A stretch of 61,134 bases of DNA, filler included, from an uncultured bacterium (GCA_964449065.1; 2 parts of 2 records of this genome joined end to end with filler, not necessarily neighbours in it); one strand, 5' to 3'. Numbered from the whole stretch's first letter, positions 28,721-38,605 are shown. A program made the numbers and translations. Notes: generated from the letters alone by a model not told the origin.

Positions 28721-30550
28721 CTATTCTTTCCGTTTCACAAATTCCGAGAAAATCCGCTGTGCTTGTTCATAATCTTTCCGCATTTGTTGTTGGTTGATGC
28801 CGCTGCCGGAAAAGCGGACAGCGTCACAGGTTTGCAGCAACCGCATCACGGACGAAGATGTGTCTTCCGGGATGTTGAGATTCTGCAATCGCGTTTGTAA
28901 TTCCTCGCTGGTTAAGCCTGCGGCGGCGATGTTCCAACGGTTGCTGATGTAATCGGTCATGGCTTTGGCGAGGGCGGAATAGGTTTGTTTGGCGTCTTGG
29001 TTTTCGATCCCGGCGCGGGCGTCGGCCAAGAGTTTTTCTGCCAGTTTGGGTGCTTTGCTTCTGCGGACCACATCCGGATGCCGGGCTAGATAGTCTTGCT
29101 TGCATCTGTACATCCACACACCAATGATCAATAAGATAGGGATGATGTAAACCAACCAATAGAGTGGATTTCGGTGAATGGGGAGATACACAGAGGAAAT
29201 GGCAGCCGGTGTCACCGCGATGAAGCGAAAGTCTTCGCTGAGGCGGGTGATGATCCCGCGGTTGGATCCGGTGGTGGAGGGGAACGATCCCCCGCGGCTG
29301 GATGGATGAATGACCAAATCAATCGGATCGGTGCTGAGTGTGATGTATTGTTCTTGAAAGGGGTCAAAGTAGGCGTATTTTACCGGGCCGATATGATTTG
29401 CGTTGATGCCGTGCGGCACCAGCGGGTAGTCGAATTTCACGGAACCGGAAACGCCATCCGCCTGGACGGAGATGCTTTCGTTTTTGGTGGAATCAAAGAC
29501 ATCGAATTTAGAGAGATCGGGCAACACCGGCCGGGGCGCGTTGCGAATATTGCCATAGCCGGAGAGGGTGATTTCAAACATGACGGTGCTGCCTTCGTTG
29601 ACGGCGGCTTCTTCGACCGTGCTTTTGAGGTCAAACTGTCCCACCGCGCCCTGAAAGATTTTCGGTTTTCCTTCATCCGGCAGGGGTTTTACAGTGACGG
29701 GAATGGGGACTGAGGAGACTTCGGAGGTTTTGCCCTGTTGGAAGAAACCAAAGCGGCCGCGGGTGCGGACTTCGCAGGAGAGGGTTAACGGTTCGATGGT
29801 ATGATCGCCCGCGGTTAAGGGGTAAAGAAAATAGCGCCGGACGGGGACTTTTAAATAGCGTTTGCCTTGAATGACACGTTCTTCCTGGTTGCTGGAATCC
29901 ATTAAATCGTAGGTTTCTTTCCAAAATTTTTGAAATTGGCCGCGGTTGTCTTCGATGCTGATGCGGCTGACGCTGAGCGGGAAATAGGCGGTGAATGTGA
30001 GTTGAATTTCTTCGCCGACGTAGACTTCATTTTTGCTGATTTCCGGTACTAAAATGATGCCTTCGTTGTTGGCCGTAGATTTCAGCTCCACTGCTTGATT
30101 TTGCACGCCCGGTTTAGGCTGCGGCGTGGGCGGGGCGGATAACACGACCAGGGTAACCGGATTCGCTGTCACAGCCGTATTGTCGTAGGGGACCCGGATG
30201 GGCGCGATTTGATAGGTGCCTTCTTTGTCGGCCTGTACCAAAAAGATAAGCCCGCGGGTGGAGATGGATTTCATCTTCCCGTTGATAATGCTGACATTGG
30301 TTGAGGATGTGGTTTGTTTGCCAAAGGCAAAAGACAGGCCTTCGATGTTGGGGAACTGCGGCTGTTTGACCGATTCGCCGCCGTCCGTGGTGATTTCGAT
30401 GTAGAGTTGCGCGGTCTCACCCACGCGGATGGTGTTGTTGGTTAAATTGGCGGACACCTTTACACCGGCCCGCGCGGTTTCGCCAATGCAAAGGCATGAG
30501 AGAAGAAATGCGAGTATTATTGGGAAGCGAAATTGGGTTTTCCGCATCAT
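28721..30550 (-). CDS. BatD-family protein
   Basis: Signal peptide, SIINGK, VYVGE, GAVGQF, YFDP..Y and a C-terminal TM segment. Between batC and batE. Confidence 0.88.
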   Translation of the reverse strand: MMRKTQFRFPIILAFLLSCLCIGETARAGVKVSANLTNNTIRVGETAQLYIEITTDGGESVKQPQFPNIEGLSFAFGKQTTSSTNVSIINGKMKSISTRGLIFLVQADKEGTYQIAPIRVPYDNTAVTANPVTLVVLSAPPTPQPKPGVQNQAVELKSTANNEGIILVPEISKNEVYVGEEIQLTFTAYFPLSVSRISIEDNRGQFQKFWKETYDLMDSSNQEERVIQGKRYLKVPVRRYFLYPLTAGDHTIEPLTLSCEVRTRGRFGFFQQGKTSEVSSVPIPVTVKPLPDEGKPKIFQGAVGQFDLKSTVEEAAVNEGSTVMFEITLSGYGNIRNAPRPVLPDLSKFDVFDSTKNESISVQADGVSGSVKFDYPLVPHGINANHIGPVKYAYFDPFQEQYITLSTDPIDLVIHPSSRGGSFPSTTGSNRGIITRLSEDFRFIAVTPAAISSVYLPIHRNPLYWLVYIIPILLIIGVWMYRCKQDYLARHPDVVRRSKAPKLAEKLLADARAGIENQDAKQTYSALAKAMTDYISNRWNIAAAGLTSEELQTRLQNLNIPEDTSSSVMRLLQTCDAVRFSGSGINQQQMRKDYEQAQRIFSEFVKRKE

Positions 30551-30555
30551 TACGT

Positions 30556-31241
30556 TTACCAGTCTTTTTCTATGGATTGGCCGCCGGTTGCCGGCATACG
30601 CTGGAGTTTTTGGCGGCGTTCTTTTTCGTCGTCTTCTAAACTGCGCAACAGCTGCATGGCCTGTTCAACCGTGAGTTGATCCTGCGGTTCTTCTTCCGTC
30701 TCTTGGCTTTGCTGGGGTTGAGGCTGCTGCTGTTGTTCTTCTTGTTCTCCTTGTTCCTCTTCTTCTTGGCTTTGCTGGTTTTGCTGTTCTTCTTCTTGCT
30801 CGCCTTCTTGGTCTTGCTGTTGTTGATTCTGTTTTTGTTCTTCGCTTTGCTCTTGTTGTTGATCCTGTTGTTCTTGGTTTTCGCCGTCTTGCTGTTCTTG
30901 TTTATTTTCTTGTTCCTGCTTTTGCTGTTCCTGCTGCTCTTTGTTTTTGTCCATCTGATCTTTCAGTTTGCGGCGGGCCAGTTCCAGATTGTATTTGGCT
31001 GCTTCATCATCCGGATTGATTTTTAACGCGCTGATGTAGCTTTCGATGGCCGTTTTGTAGTCTTCCATTTGGAAGAAGCAGTTGCCGATGTTGTAGTGCG
31101 CTTTGGCATCGAGCATGGCGTCATTCGAACCGATGACCTGCTTGTATTCTTCGATGGCTTTTTCGTAGTCATCCTGCTTGTACCATGCGTTGCCGATGTT
31201 GAAGTGGACCTCTTTGGATTCGGGCGCGTGGACGGCGGCGA
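30556..31241 (-). CDS. BatB/BatC-like TPR protein with Q/E-rich linker (5' end truncated at contig edge)
   Basis: TPRs (HFNIGNAWYK, HYNIGNCFF, AKYNLELA), low-complexity Q/E tract and terminal EKDW. Confidence 0.85.
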
Positions 31242-31341
31242 NNNNNNNNNNNNNNNNNNNNNNNNNNNNNNNNNNNNNNNNNNNNTTAATTAATTAANNN
31301 NNNNNNNNNNNNNNNNNNNNNNNNNNNNNNNNNNNNNNNNN
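31242..31341. other. Artificial contig linker
   Basis: N44 + TTAATTAATTAA (stops in all six frames) + N44. Confidence 0.95.
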
Positions 31342-31343
31342 AA

Positions 31344-31556
31344 TTGCTGCAAAAGATTGGAGAGATGTTTTCATCCGCGATTTTGGATGAGGTGTTACTG
31401 ACATCCCCCGCGCCCAATCCGAAAGCGCAGATTGATTATGTGATGTACTCCCCCAAAGATCAGTGGAAGGTCAAACAGGTTGAAGTGTTGGATGAGCCTG
31501 TGGCATCAGATCACCGACCGGTATTTGCTGAGTTAGAAATGAAGGATTGGAATTAA
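31344..31556 (+). CDS. Endonuclease/exonuclease/phosphatase-family protein, 3' end only
   Basis: IDYV ... ASDHRPV C-terminal EEP motif. Confidence 0.85.
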   Translation: MLQKIGEMFSSAILDEVLLTSPAPNPKAQIDYVMYSPKDQWKVKQVEVLDEPVASDHRPVFAELEMKDWN

Positions 31557-31558
31557 AA

Positions 31559-31837
31559 CTATTTGTTTTCAACTAAATCACCCGAAACATATCTGTGGAT
31601 AATGCTGGAAAGAAGTGTCTCGTACGGGATGCCCTGCTGAGCGGCTTTGATTTGGATTTGATCGAAATCTTTTTGGGATAGTTGAATATCGACTTTTTTA
31701 TTTAAATGCAATGTGTTTTTAGCCGTTTCGCCCAACATATTTTTTTCAACACCGGTATCATCTATCGATGTCCATTCTCCACGTTCGTAAGATTCCAAAA
31801 TATCTTTTTCTTCTTGGTCGAATTGTGCATTATTCAT
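31559..31837 (-). CDS. CopG/RHH-type antitoxin
   Basis: EEKDILESYERGEW ... I.L...D...I...A.Q.GIPY.TL.SSIIHRYV. Confidence 0.8.
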   Translation of the reverse strand: MNNAQFDQEEKDILESYERGEWTSIDDTGVEKNMLGETAKNTLHLNKKVDIQLSQKDFDQIQIKAAQQGIPYETLLSSIIHRYVSGDLVENK

Positions 31838-31972
31838 TTTCTTTCCTCAGATATTGATTGGTGGCTTTTCTGCTTGGGATAATCGTTTTGAGGAAAATAT
31901 CTTCATCCCGCTGAACGTATGGTACTAAATAAGCATACTCATTTATTTCCAAAATAGCAATTTTTTGATTTG
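31830..31972 (-). pseudogene. BrnT/DUF4258-like toxin, C-terminal remnant
   Basis: NQKI...INEYAYLVPYV....IFLKTIIPSRKAT..YL. The N-terminus is replaced by unrelated sequence. Confidence 0.75.
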
Positions 31973-32128
31973 ACCTTCCCCCGGTGGGCAAGGGCGATAG
32001 ATTCAGCGAAAGATTAGAAAAACGGGCATAGCATAATGTAGTGCGTAACATGAGTAACTAACATGCTCAATGCTGGCTTGATGGCTTGGCTTTTCGTATG
32101 TTTGCTTTTTATTGTTCATTTTATACTT

Positions 32129-32743
32129 TCAATGGCGGCCTTCTTCTTGGTTTATTTGTTTTTCTTCTGGGAAATACTGGAAAGTAATCATTTCCTTTGG
32201 AGGGTGTTCGCCTAACAAATTACATATCGCAAAATAGTATTCACGTGCGCTATTAAATAGCCTATCTTCCGGGATATCAACAGGAAATAATAATCTATCC
32301 GATTCAGGTTCTTTTATTCTTAATCCAATCATATCTGAAAATTTATGTAGTTTCTTATCATATGTATTATACTCATCAGCGGTAATTGAAGATGCTGTTG
32401 CAAGGTGTATGGCATCCATAGGTTTAAGAGAAAAACCCTCAGATATTGCATTCCTCATATAAGTTTTTGCGGTAAAAATAACCCTATCATACAACTCAAC
32501 AATTTTTATAGGGGATTCTGGGCTCCATAATTCGTTTATAGATTCTTCTATATCAGGGTCTAGTATTTTTGTTGTTTTTTCTTCTTCAGAGAATGCTACT
32601 TCCGCAATTGACAAGATCGATGTATGAACTTCAGCATGGTTATTTTCACAGTCATCAAGTATGGCATTTACCGTAGGTATTCTATCAATTTCTCCTATAA
32701 TTATCGATAAAAATACATTTGCATCCCAATAGTATTTAGGCAT
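32129..32743 (-). CDS. PIN/VapC-family nuclease with C-terminal extension
   Basis: YWDANVF, SIAEV, MDAIHLATA and TYDKKL supply the four acidic PIN residues. Confidence 0.88.
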   Translation of the reverse strand: MPKYYWDANVFLSIIIGEIDRIPTVNAILDDCENNHAEVHTSILSIAEVAFSEEEKTTKILDPDIEESINELWSPESPIKIVELYDRVIFTAKTYMRNAISEGFSLKPMDAIHLATASSITADEYNTYDKKLHKFSDMIGLRIKEPESDRLLFPVDIPEDRLFNSAREYYFAICNLLGEHPPKEMITFQYFPEEKQINQEEGRH

Positions 32744-33545
32744 CTCTTATTTTTCTGATCGCTTCTTCAGGAGGCACTCCCCCTGTATAATTAGGAGCGC
32801 AACCAAAAGCTTTCCTCCAACCTCCGGGTTTACCTTCTTCTATAACATTAACTCTTTTTACCTGTTTAACTGTAGTAGGTTTTCCCGTTTCTAAATCACG
32901 TCTAACAATACCTTCTACTTCAGCAAGTTTACCCCATGCATTTCTCATATCTTCTTCAAAATCTTTATTTAAAAAGCAAGAAATAGCCCTGTGGTCATTT
33001 AAGTCGTATAAAGTAAATCTATATTGTTTTTCTCTACTCATCGCTTGTACTCTACCTTTTACTACTCCATAGGTTTCGAGAAAATGAACTTCGGAACTTT
33101 CTTCAATAAAATCCTCATAAACAATACTCTTTTTTAATTCCTCTATATCTGAAAGTCTTTTTGAAATCTCCCAATCTGTATTGTTTGTTTCAAATCTAAT
33201 AGATTGTACTCTTCCATTGATGATGCTTGTAATGTTTTTGATGTTATTTTGAATATCTTCGGAAAATTCGGATAAATCACCTTTAATTGTACGTTCGGCA
33301 ACTCTTTCATATTGATTTACAACATTCTCTACATAAATAATTTCGTCTTCTACCTCAACTTCACCTCTTGCAGAAGCGATAGCACTTCCAAATTCTAAAT
33401 TATCAATTTCCCAGATTATATTTCCGTCTGGAGCGTATTCTTTTTGTAGGTTATTTATAAGAGAGTTAAATTCATGAATAGCTTTAGAATACTCATCTAA
33501 AGACACTTCACCATTTAATATAAGTGTGACGATATTATTTGCCAT
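32736..33545 (-). CDS. Unknown 269-aa protein coupled to the PIN gene (putative large antitoxin or sensor)
   Basis: Intact AT-rich ORF with an 8-bp overlap with the PIN start. Beta-rich C-terminal half and a VapB-like end (PEEAIRKIRDA). Confidence 0.75.
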   Translation of the reverse strand: MANNIVTLILNGEVSLDEYSKAIHEFNSLINNLQKEYAPDGNIIWEIDNLEFGSAIASARGEVEVEDEIIYVENVVNQYERVAERTIKGDLSEFSEDIQNNIKNITSIINGRVQSIRFETNNTDWEISKRLSDIEELKKSIVYEDFIEESSEVHFLETYGVVKGRVQAMSREKQYRFTLYDLNDHRAISCFLNKDFEEDMRNAWGKLAEVEGIVRRDLETGKPTTVKQVKRVNVIEEGKPGGWRKAFGCAPNYTGGVPPEEAIRKIRDA

Positions 33546-33559
33546 TCATTTTTTCCGCT

Positions 33560-34048
33560 TTATGAGTGGCGGTACATCAACCTTTTGCCTTCAAAGCCTT
33601 TGATGGCATAGTCTGTCCGCTCTCCGTCTGTTACATCCTTGTTATTCCATCTAAAATAGAATTCAGCAAGATACCTATTTAAATGCTCTTTGCTGATGTG
33701 ATGGAATGTACCAGTTATACCACGTTTCAACAGGCTAAAAAACCCCTCAATGGTATTTGTATGAGCATTACCTCTGACGTATTCGCCTCTACCATGATTA
33801 ACTACATGATGCTCAACAAATTCTTTATCCAAACCATGATAAGACCGAAACTCATCTATCATAATTATAGCAGATTTTTGAATGTTCTGGCGGATTTTTT
33901 CTTTCAGATTACTTGCAGAAACTTTGGGCACAACGGTAGATTTAACCTTACCGTCACGCTGAACTAGAGTGAAAACTGGAGTCTTATTTTCAGCTCCACG
34001 ACCCCTTTTACCTTTACCTTTTCCGCCTACATAAATTTCGTCAGCCTC
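33560..34048 (-). pseudogene. IS1595 transposase catalytic domain lacking the N-terminal zinc ribbon and HTH
   Basis: EADEIYVGG, KTPV, IDE..SY..L, VNH, HTNTIEGFFSLLKRG, GKRLMY. Confidence 0.88.
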
Positions 34049-34120
34049 AAGACGTATACGGTCTTGGTTTGTATCATCGAACGGTCTGTTTAGGCGACAT
34101 ACATCAAAATAGATTAACAA
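34041..34120 (-). pseudogene. PIN-domain toxin N-terminal fragment fused in frame to the transposase
   Basis: MLIYFDVCRLNRPFDDTNQDRIRLEA matches a PIN-family start of the IYLDxCxxNRPFDDxxQxRIRLE type. Confidence 0.75.
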
Positions 34121-34148
34121 TGATGGCCTCTATATGTCTACTGAATCG

Positions 34149-35063
34149 CTACCCATTAAACGGGCAGCGGGGTAATCCTAAATAGTGGAGCAGCAAGTGT
34201 CCGGTAATGACTTCCAAGCGTGAATCTTCGGTGAGGGACAGGCGGATGGTATCGCCGAGACCCATTTGCAGGAGCGAACCTAATCCCGACCATGAGTTGA
34301 TCACGGCGGCACGGCCCAACCCGGCTTCAGTCACCCCTAAATGAAGCGGATAATCGTTCATCTCAGCAAACATTTTATATGCATCGATGATCCAACGGGC
34401 GTCGTTGGCTTTGAGCGAGACGATGATATCTTTGATGCCTTCGTCTTCCATCAGTTTGACGGATTTGCGGGCGCTGATGCAAAGCGCTTCGGCGGAATGG
34501 TTGCCGTATTCCTTCAGCAAATCTTTATCGAGCGAACCGGCGTTCACACCCACGCGCATGGGCACACCCTTTTCTTTTACCTTTTGCGCGATTTGTTTCA
34601 GCAGTTTGGTATCGCGAATGTTGCCGGGATTGATGCGCAGCTTGTGGGTTCCAGCATCCAGCGCGGCCAGGGCCATCGGGGGGCGAAAGTGAATATCCGC
34701 CACAATCGGGTAAGGAGCGTTTTCTACAATCTTCTTGAATACATCAGCCGATCCCTCATCCGGAACGCTGACGCGGTTGATGTCACAATGGAACGGGGCC
34801 AAGTCGCAGGCGAGTTCCCAGCAACCGAGTTCTTTGAGGATATTGATTTCGCGCAGATTGAGATTACGCGGATCAATTGAATAGTTCTGCTCGATCTCGC
34901 GCATGACGGAATCGTAATCCGTGGTCGGCACCTTTACCATGGTTTGTACCGGAATGGGGGCATTGCCTCCAACCGGAACGTCTCTCACCATGACTTTACG
35001 GGTTTGGCGGCGTTCGCGGGTAATGTTTTGCGGTAAAGTTGATGCTTCTACTGCTGCTGTCAT
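34149..35063 (-). CDS. ispG: IspG (HMBPP synthase) TIM-barrel domain without the C-terminal Fe-S domain
   Basis: ADIHF, RINPGNI, RVGVNAGSL, YPLHLGVTEAG, GDTIRLSL. No CxxC...GC..NGPGE region. Confidence 0.85.
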   Translation of the reverse strand: MTAAVEASTLPQNITRERRQTRKVMVRDVPVGGNAPIPVQTMVKVPTTDYDSVMREIEQNYSIDPRNLNLREINILKELGCWELACDLAPFHCDINRVSVPDEGSADVFKKIVENAPYPIVADIHFRPPMALAALDAGTHKLRINPGNIRDTKLLKQIAQKVKEKGVPMRVGVNAGSLDKDLLKEYGNHSAEALCISARKSVKLMEDEGIKDIIVSLKANDARWIIDAYKMFAEMNDYPLHLGVTEAGLGRAAVINSWSGLGSLLQMGLGDTIRLSLTEDSRLEVITGHLLLHYLGLPRCPFNG

Positions 35064-36850
35064 AATCGTTTTTCCTTGATTTTGGTTTTCAACTTTTCTG
35101 CGGTTTCGCGTTCCACAGCGGCGTTTTCGGTTTGCCCCATTGCCTCATACAAGGCGGCCAAGCGTTCAGAATACACAGGCCGTGCGGGGAACAGTTCAAT
35201 CGCCCGCTTCATCTGTGTTATGGCTTGTTCCGGATAACCATTCATAAACAACGCTTCGGCATAATCCGCCCGGTACGACGCCCGGCGCGGAGCCCATTCC
35301 ACCGCATTCTCCGTGTATTGTAACACGAAAAACGGGCTGTGCGCAGATGGAATCGACCGTTCTACATGCCCCAAATGGTTCCAACTTTGGTGGTCGCTTG
35401 AGTCGATATACACCGCCCATTGGTAGTTGTTTCTTGCCCTCATATATTGCTGATCCAGCAAATAGGCATACGCTCTTTCGCGTGCAATACCGTTAAAAAA
35501 CGGGCAAAGAACCAAACCAATCCAAAAGCAGCATAATACGGTATATGCCAAAACCAGGTTTATTTTATCCGCTCTCTTTTGTGGTACAGGTGTGTATGAT
35601 GTTCCTACACCGGCTAACAAGAAAACCGGGATGATGTACATCTCGATGAGATGGTTGTGGAAATCCACCAATGAGAACGAAACCAGGGACGCGAATGATC
35701 CAAAGGCCGCAAAAGCCTGGTATGGATGATGCGGAAATTGTTTCCACAAAAACCAGGCTGTTGCCGCGGTGAGCCAGATCAAAACCAGCAATCCTATAAT
35801 GCCCCACTGCAGGGCGTATTCCAAAACGATGTTATGGACATAGCGGGCTTCGATATCTCCCGGACGCAGCAGCGCGCTGTAGTAGCTCTCAAACCCTTCC
35901 GTGCCCACACCAAACCACGGGTGATCCTGAATGATGAGCCATCCCCCGCGAAAGAAATGCAGGCGGGCTAGGATGGTTGAACTGACAAATAACCGGCCGC
36001 CCAAGAGTTGATCTTTTAAGAGATAAAGCGTAACAACAAATACGAGAAAGACGGGGAAAAGCGTATACAACACCGGCTTTATGGGAACCCTCTTTTTGTA
36101 AAACAACGTGAACGAAACAAATAAACAGAGGGAAAAAGCCAATACAAGTAGTCCGCTGCGGGAATAGCTTTGGTAGACCGTGTAACTCAACACCAAACCG
36201 GCCAAAATCAACCCATATTTTGTAAACGATTTTTGAGAGGATTGATACAGATACCAAACCACCCATAGTGTAAGAACCAAATAGCCTGCCAAGTGGTTGG
36301 GATTGCCGAATGCTCCCATCGCGCGGTTGCCTTCCAGCGTTTTGATGATTTCTTCCTGCATGACCGGGTCATAGAGCGTGTATTCCCGCAGCGAGTTGAT
36401 GGCGTGGGTGTTGCCCTCAAACTGCAAATAGAGCGCGTAGAGTGCAGTGAGTAACCCACCGCCAAACAGCCCCCACAATAAACAATTGATCATTTTTTCT
36501 TCGTGGGAACAGAGCCGAATCAGCAAAAAAAAGCAGAAAACCGTTCCATAAACCGCCCATTTGGCTTTGGCGTTGTAGATATCGGGTGAATAGAAAATCC
36601 CAATAAAACAAAGAAGAGTCATTGCCGTAAGAGGTAGAATGATGGGATTATTGAATACGCATTTTTTGCCATGCTGCCAGCCATGAATCCCGATCATAAT
36701 CCCCAAAAAAAGTACAACGCTGCTGCGGAATAAAAACGCCATTTCGGTTGAGGACAATTGCGGATAGAGAGGAAACACACAGAACAAAATGCAAAATAGG
36801 ATGGTGAAATAGTGGTGCGGTTTTGTATGCGTGCTTTGGCTGGGTGTCAT
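35060..36850 (-). CDS. O-antigen ligase-family membrane protein with C-terminal TPRs
   Basis: Multiple TM helices; RAMGAFGNPNHLAGY, SYSRSG, PWFGVG, HNIVLE; TPR tail. Confidence 0.85.
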   Translation of the reverse strand: MTPSQSTHTKPHHYFTILFCILFCVFPLYPQLSSTEMAFLFRSSVVLFLGIMIGIHGWQHGKKCVFNNPIILPLTAMTLLCFIGIFYSPDIYNAKAKWAVYGTVFCFFLLIRLCSHEEKMINCLLWGLFGGGLLTALYALYLQFEGNTHAINSLREYTLYDPVMQEEIIKTLEGNRAMGAFGNPNHLAGYLVLTLWVVWYLYQSSQKSFTKYGLILAGLVLSYTVYQSYSRSGLLVLAFSLCLFVSFTLFYKKRVPIKPVLYTLFPVFLVFVVTLYLLKDQLLGGRLFVSSTILARLHFFRGGWLIIQDHPWFGVGTEGFESYYSALLRPGDIEARYVHNIVLEYALQWGIIGLLVLIWLTAATAWFLWKQFPHHPYQAFAAFGSFASLVSFSLVDFHNHLIEMYIIPVFLLAGVGTSYTPVPQKRADKINLVLAYTVLCCFWIGLVLCPFFNGIARERAYAYLLDQQYMRARNNYQWAVYIDSSDHQSWNHLGHVERSIPSAHSPFFVLQYTENAVEWAPRRASYRADYAEALFMNGYPEQAITQMKRAIELFPARPVYSERLAALYEAMGQTENAAVERETAEKLKTKIKEKRL

Positions 36851-36856
36851 GATGAC

Positions 36857-37324
36857 TCAAAACAGTGTGAGTTGTCCGTTTTCGGTAGTGTAGCGTATAT
36901 CTTTGGCGATGGTATCCAAAATTCCGTTGATGAAGTTGGGCGAGTTTTCGTCGCCATAGCATTTCGCCAGTTCGACCGCTTCATCGATAATGATGCTGGT
37001 TTCCAACTCCCGGTTGGTGCTGATTTCGTAGATAGCCAAACGCAGGATGGAGCGGTCTACCACCGCCAAGCGGTGCAGTTTCCAGCGTTGGGTGTATTTT
37101 TGGATGAAGGCGTCTAATTCATCGATTTTCTCAGCAACCCCATCGGCAATTCCCCACGCGAATTTTGTTTCCGGCGGGGGGATACGAAGCGAATCGTCTC
37201 CTTCCCAATTGTGCCAGGTCATGGGTTCGGTTTCCGGGTCATCGAACTTCCGGTTGACGTCAAAACTGTACAGCATCCGTAAAGCGAACTCACGGGCGTT
37301 ATGGCGGGCTCCGCGTGATTTCAT
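36857..37324 (-). CDS. nusB: Transcription antitermination factor NusB
   Basis: [39 protein letters not shown]. Confidence 0.95.
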   Translation of the reverse strand: MKSRGARHNAREFALRMLYSFDVNRKFDDPETEPMTWHNWEGDDSLRIPPPETKFAWGIADGVAEKIDELDAFIQKYTQRWKLHRLAVVDRSILRLAIYEISTNRELETSIIIDEAVELAKCYGDENSPNFINGILDTIAKDIRYTTENGQLTLF

Positions 37325-37782
37325 ATTTGTTTGAGTACGTTAACCATTTCAATGGCGGTGATGGCGGCGTCAAAGCCCTTATTGCTGAGTTTGGCGCCGG
37401 CGCGTTCAATGGCTTGTTCAACAGTGTTCACGGTAATGACACCAAAGGCAACAGGGATGTCGTGTTCCATCATAACATGAAAGACGCCCTTGGAGGATTC
37501 ATTGGCGACAAAATCGAAGTGCGGGGTATCACCGCGGATGACGGCGGCGATGCCGATGAGGGCATCGTATTGCTTGGACGCGGCCATGCGTTTGAGCGTC
37601 AGCGGCAATTCATACGCGCCGGGGACATACACGTTTACGATATCGTCATCATTGGTTCCATGACGCTGCAGGGCGTTCTCCGCGCCTTTCAGCAAGGCTT
37701 CGGTAATAAAACTATTGTAGCGGGATGTCACAATTCCAAACTTGAATCCTGCCGCCGTTAACTGGCCTTCAATGGTCTTCAT
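37321..37782 (-). CDS. ribH: 6,7-dimethyl-8-ribityllumazine synthase
   Basis: [34 protein letters not shown]. Confidence 0.97.
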   Translation of the reverse strand: MKTIEGQLTAAGFKFGIVTSRYNSFITEALLKGAENALQRHGTNDDDIVNVYVPGAYELPLTLKRMAASKQYDALIGIAAVIRGDTPHFDFVANESSKGVFHVMMEHDIPVAFGVITVNTVEQAIERAGAKLSNKGFDAAITAIEMVNVLKQI

Positions 37783-37913
37783 GGGTTTTTACCTCATATC
37801 AAATATAGGGTGCAAATTATCATGATAGCCTGTGATGAGAAAATGAGAATCTGAAACGCTTAATTTGTTGACTGTCACATTCTTTATTTGAAGTGGTAGT
37901 ACTTGTTTCACGC

Positions 37914-37937
37914 ACCGGCTGGAAGCCGATGCTCCCC
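37914..37937 (-). repeat. REP-like repeat family B copy
   Basis: ACCGGCTGGAAGCCGATGCTCCCC, identical to 3049-3072. Confidence 0.85.
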
Positions 37938-37957
37938 AATACAAACATACTTTTACA

Positions 37958-38605
37958 TTACTCATTCAAAAACCCATGTTCGCGCAGGGTTTCCATCGTG
38001 ACGCCTTGGCTGGATGAGCTGACTTGCATCATGCGTTGAACATAGCGGGCGATGACATCGGCTTCGAGGTTGACTTCATCTCCGGCATTTTTGTATTGCA
38101 GGTTGGTTTCTTTGATGGTCCACGGAACCAGGGCGACACCGAAGGTTGTATCCGTTACCGTGGTAACTGTGAGGCTGATGCCATCAATCGCGATGGAGCC
38201 TTTTTCCGCGATGAACGGGGCCAGCGGTTTGGGGTAGTTGACAATGAGATTGATGAATTCGCCTAAATCTTCCATGGCATGGATGGAGCCGATTCCATCC
38301 ACGTGCCCGGCGACGATATGGCCGCCCATGCGGTCATGCGGACGCAACGAAGGTTCTACGTTTACCCGGTCTCTTTCATGGACATTGCGCATGGTTGAGC
38401 GGTTAAGCGTTTCCTCTGAGAGTTCCGCCTTGAACGCGTTGCCTGCTAAGTGGATCGCGGTTAGGCACACACCGTTGGTGCAGATGCTGTCGCCCAGCTG
38501 GGCGTCTTCGCAGGCGTTGGGCGCTTCAATCGTAAGTTCGGCGCTGCTGCCGTGATATTTGATGGATTGAACCGTGCCCACTTCTTGAATGATTCCTGTA
38601 AACAT
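37958..38605 (-). CDS. ribE: Riboflavin synthase
   Basis: MFTGII, GDSICTNGVCLT, GGHIVAGHVDG, KGSIAIDGISLT. Confidence 0.97.
   Translation of the reverse strand: MFTGIIQEVGTVQSIKYHGSSAELTIEAPNACEDAQLGDSICTNGVCLTAIHLAGNAFKAELSEETLNRSTMRNVHERDRVNVEPSLRPHDRMGGHIVAGHVDGIGSIHAMEDLGEFINLIVNYPKPLAPFIAEKGSIAIDGISLTVTTVTDTTFGVALVPWTIKETNLQYKNAGDEVNLEADVIARYVQRMMQVSSSSQGVTMETLREHGFLNE

Larger units (their letters stand above)
32030..34048 (-). mobile_element. Truncated IS1595-family element with two passenger genes
   Basis: Partial DDE transposase followed by two AT-rich cargo genes. Candidate right end AGCATAATGTAGTGCGTAAC at 32030-32049 (recalled resemblance, unverified). Left end deleted. Confidence 0.7.

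Noticed and set aside
30676..31026. Leu/Phe-rich membrane-like ORF and CTG/TTG/TTC repeats
   Set aside because: Reverse complement of the Q/E-rich linker of the Bat TPR protein.
31242..31341. TTAATTAATTAA palindrome and apparent bat-EEP-TA adjacency
   Set aside because: Synthetic contig linker; neighbourhood across it has no biological meaning.
31830..32051. 73-aa ORF as an intact toxin
   Set aside because: Only the last ~46 aa are toxin-like; the start comes from IS-end or intergenic DNA.
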